Assembly (NCBI GenBank): GCA_964016885.1
Contig: CAXHJY010000264.1
Span: forward strand, 124,001 to 188,000
From: Eledone cirrhosa
Taxonomy: Eukaryota
Direction: 5' to 3'
Length of the DNA stretch: 64,000 bases
Part shown: in pieces, positions 60,181-64,000 of the stretch
Layout of the letters: each line of letters begins with the position of its first letter
Position numbering within the stretch: the first letter of the stretch is position 1
Program-made: the position numbers and the translations under genes
The notes under the pieces: generated by a model
What the model saw: only the letters and a program-made list of their open reading frames with translations
Database searches by the model: none
What the model was told of the DNA's origin: nothing

Positions 60181-63100
60181 TTTTTTTGACCGGCCACCTT
60201 CCTGGTGGCAAGGTTGTAAAAGAAAAGAAATTGTCATCCCTTGAATCGCAAGAATGTTTTGCAAATTTTGAAGGTGCCAGCTATCGCAGCCATTTGTAGA
60301 CTATGAATTAGGGAGCTGCGCTTTTTGTCCGCAAATCCAAGTTCAGTCATACTTTGGTCCAAGCGGGTTGGTATATAACCCGTAGCTCCAATAATGATGG
60401 GTATGAAGCTAAAGGTATATCGTGGATACTGGATTTGTAAACTCCTCATCAATGGTCCGTAGATGTCCTCCTTCTCCTGTATTTTTCTGACAACGTTTAC
60501 ATCAAGTGGGCAGCTGATTTCCACAACAGAACACGTTTTCAATGTACGGTCCCAAACAACAATATCAGGCCGGTTGTGCTTTAATTTGGTGGCAGTTTTT
60601 ATTTTCAGGTTCCACCAGTATTCCTTAGTGCCATCTGTCTCAATATATTCTTCCTCGTTTGTTGTTAATTTTGTTTTCCGAAGTCCTTTCCAGATGGTTC
60701 TAGCCATCCCATCATGTCTGATGGGGAGGTAGTAGCGAGATGACATTCTTTCGCAGCTGGCAACAATGTGGCTTACATCCTCGATCTTTGTTTTACATAG
60801 CCTACATTTATTGTCAGCTGCTGGCCCTCCTCTTTTGTGCAGCAGATATTTGGTAGGGAGTTCTTGTTCCTGTATTGCATAGAGATATCCCTCAAGGTGT
60901 GATGTCATAAACTTGTCGGAACTTCATGCCAGGCTTTTTGAGTGGTATACCCCCTCTATAGTCTGTGTTTTACGTCTCAAGTATCCATGCACAACTTTTT
61001 CTGTAAATTGGTCAATTTTTTTATCTTGTTTGAACATTGAATAGGATCTTCCGATTTCTCTGGGTGAGAGATTTATATCAGGCTTTATTCCATATCTCTC
61101 CTCCAGATCAGTCGCTATTCTAATGATATTTTTTTTTCATGCTCATAAACCTGGGCAAGATGGTTGCCAACTTTTTTCCTCTGTTGAAGGTGTTGCTTCA
61201 GTGTTACTATCCGGGTCTCATATGTTGTTAATATTGATTTTAGACCTCGGCCACCTTCCTTGCGTGAGAAGTATAGCCTATCCACATCACCATTGATGTT
61301 AAAGTTCCCAGTAACACTGAGAAGTTTGCGAGTTCTAACATCCATCTCACTTAGTTCTTGCCATGACCAGTTCAGCAGGCCAAATGTTGGCGTTAGAATT
61401 GGCACAGCATAAGTATTGTGGGCAATGTATTTGTTGTACGCTGACAGTTCTGATGACCATATTTTCTTTACTCTTCTGAGGTATTCAGTTCTGGTTCTCT
61501 CCTTATTTATGAGTCCATCATATCTGACATTCTCATCCTGTCCAAGATATCTGTAGTTGTCACCTGACTGTAGAGGTTGTATTGTCAGGCCGTTCATCTC
61601 TAGATTTCTAGAGGAGGGCACAGCTCTTCTACGTTTTACTGCCAAATATGCACACTTGGACTCACCAAATTTCATTTTGATGTCGGTTGAAAATTGTGTA
61701 ATGAGGTCCAATTGTTTCTTGATGTCATTGATATTTGGCCCATACAACTTCAAGTCATCAACAAAGAAAAGATGGGAGATACTTCTGGGCCCACTTCTTT
61801 GTCCACCTTGTTTCCTGAGTAGGTAAGATAGTGGATTCAGTGAGAGAACGAAGAGTAGCACTGACAAGCTATCACCCTGAAAGATGCCCTTCTGGTAATG
61901 TATCTTATCAGTCTTAACTTGCTCCTTCTCACCTCTAAGGATCAAATTGGTGTACCAGTTCTTGGTCAGGCGTTCAACAGCAGCTACCAATGGTTGTGGG
62001 ACTTTGGCTAACTGTAAAGCCTTAATAATCCACCCATGAGGTACACTATCAAATGCTTTTTGATAGTCCAGCCACACCACAGTCATGTTTCTGCGATTCT
62101 TTGTTGTTTTTTCCTGAATCATTTTGTTAGTTAGTAGGTGATCTATGCAACCCCACACCTCCCTCTTTCCACCAGCTTGCTCAGGTGTTATGATGTTGTT
62201 GGTAGCACAGTGATCCTGTAAGAACAGGTTAAGGCACCCAGTATATAATTTATACATGATGTTTTGGCAGGCAATTGGGCGGTAATTTTTAGCAAGGGTG
62301 GTTTGGCTATTTTGGGGAATGAGGAGAGTAGTGGCAGTTGATAACCATCTGGGCAGTTCTTGTGTGCCTTTAATGGTTTCTGTGAACAGCCGTATGAGAT
62401 CTTGTCGATAGAAAGTGAAATTCTTCAACCAGTATCCTGTAATGAGGTCTGGGCCTGGTGATTTCCTATTCGACATTTTCTGTAGAGCTGTTTCCAGTAT
62501 TGACCCATCTGTGTCATATTGTTTTGTCTGGACATGTTGGCAGTAGTCCTGTTCCAGTTCTTTTAGCCATTTAGTTTGTCTGTTGAATCCGTCATCCATT
62601 TCCCATACAAATCTCCAGTAGCTCTCAACCTGTTCTTTTGAAGGGGTGTCGTTTACAGGGATTGAGCTTTTGCCACCGAAGCTGCGATAAACTGATTTAG
62701 GATCTCTGGCAAACAATCTATTTAGCACTTGTCGTTTATGTGCTGTTGACTTATATTTTAGTCTTTCTGTTGTAGCTGTGAGTTGTTGTTTCAACTGGTG
62801 TAATTTGGAGTTCAAAGTTTTAAATTTTGTATCTCCAAATCGTCTCTCTAACTTTTTTTTTAGGTCTTCCTGGTGTCGTGTGAAGTTGCTCTCTATGTTG
62901 CATTTCATAACGACTGCGATGTGTGAGATACTTCGTCTCAGGGACAAAATTTTGCTTTTTAAATTTCGCATCCACGCTGGTTCAGGCTTTCTGTTTGTAT
63001 CTTGATTGCGTGGTTTTAGATGTGTGTTATATGATAGCAATGTGACAGCTGAAACATATAACAAAATATTAAGCGTTTCAAATGTCGTTTCTACACCTTT

Positions 63101-63742
63101 AGATCGTATAGCCTTCAGATAATTGCCAGCTATTTCGTTCACCGCTTCCAATTCCAATTTAGTGGGTTCTTTACTGATTCTGGTGTTGTATGGTCTGTCA
63201 CTCACATTAAGGCTGTGTATCTCTTGAAACATATCGTTCCATATCACTTGTAAGGTGTCCACAAGTTTTTGGTGTTCTGTTTGTACAGTAGAGTCATGAA
63301 TTTCAGCCTCGTTGTTGATGTGGTGACAATTACTACTAGAGTCAGCTGACCTTTCTCGCTGTTCTTCAGTGGAAGTGGGATGGATTTCAGCAAAATTGTT
63401 GGTGAGCTGTTCACTGTTAGATTTGGCTGGCCATTCTCTTTGTCTGTCAGTGGAGGTGGGGTGGTTGTCTACAAGGGCTGTATTTGTAGTATCACTCAAT
63501 TCCGTTAGATGTATCAATTTACATCTAATGATACGTTTTGCCTGTTCATTTAAATGCTTTGGAGAAAAGTCTAATTCTGGGTGTTTGGAGTTCCATAAAG
63601 TTTTTAGCCTTTGCATAAAACCGAACTTTTGGGGTTCAGATTGTTTGTATGCTTCATATAATTCTTTGTTAAGCTCGCAGCTCCACTGTATACAACGGTT
63701 GTAATTGCGATTTGGTCGAAGGAGACTTGTACTTTTTGCCAT
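60181..63742 (-). mobile_element. Near full-length R4/Dong-like non-LTR retrotransposon
   Basis: 875-aa ORF plus a 224-aa C-terminal segment, then a ~45-nt 3' UTR with a hairpin and A7. The 5' UTR may extend toward 64000. Confidence 0.92.
60234..63742 (-). pseudogene. R4-clade polyprotein: Myb-like N-terminus, RT, CCHC knuckle, REL endonuclease; disrupted at ~61115-60908
   Basis: QWSCELNKEL..Y...FMQRLKTLW...P, KSPGPDLITGYWLK, NYRPIAC, WLDYQKAFDSVPH, GIFQGDSLS, FVDDLKLY, YRYLG, CRLC..HIVASC, RHD, RPDIVVWD..VEISCP..KEDIY. Confidence 0.9.
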
Positions 63743-64000
63743 GATGAGTTCGTCTATTCACTAATATTTCGTATTTATTTTTCAAAATAGTCGATGATCT
63801 TCTTTAAAAGTTTCGACAAAATTCTGTCAGAATCAAATTTAAAGTTATTCACAGCTTGGGTAATATTTCTTTTCAGTTAGTTTTTAATTCTACAACTGTG
63901 TTTTAAACGTTGTTCTTGAATCGTTTGAATCGAGAACAAAAAAAAAAAAACCGTTACTTAGTATATTTCTTTATGAATGTAATATAATATAACAACGCTG

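Noticed and set aside
61557-63704. Plus-strand ORFs overlapping the R4 and RTE coding regions
   Set aside because: They are antisense shadows of the retrotransposon reading frames.

Overview
AT-rich eukaryotic repeat-dominated DNA with no recognisable host gene; the SINE and microsatellite content looks cephalopod (Octopus-like), which is an inference. 1-30039 is a minisatellite of AGTGAGACAGACTGAC(AT)n with nested higher-order repeats. 30.4-48.1 kb is a cluster of decayed RTE-clade LINEs (APE+RT, with a C4HC3 PHD-like finger inside the RT), tRNA-type SINE remnants and orphan (GAT)n tails. 45.9-52.4 kb holds kilobase (TA)n-derived tracts. 58.0-63.7 kb holds two head-to-tail R4/Dong-like REL-endonuclease retrotransposons. 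The best candidate for a novel system is 54216-56571: a 2005-bp unit with no recognisable protein ORF, bounded by 351-bp direct repeats that each carry a Penelope-type hammerhead ribozyme motif plus AATAAA. Inside it are two diverged copies of a ~200-nt rod-like RNA whose stems are kept by compensatory and G-U changes. Several other hammerhead motifs and a Penelope GIY-YIG fragment sit in short islands between (TA)n tracts. All structures were folded by eye.
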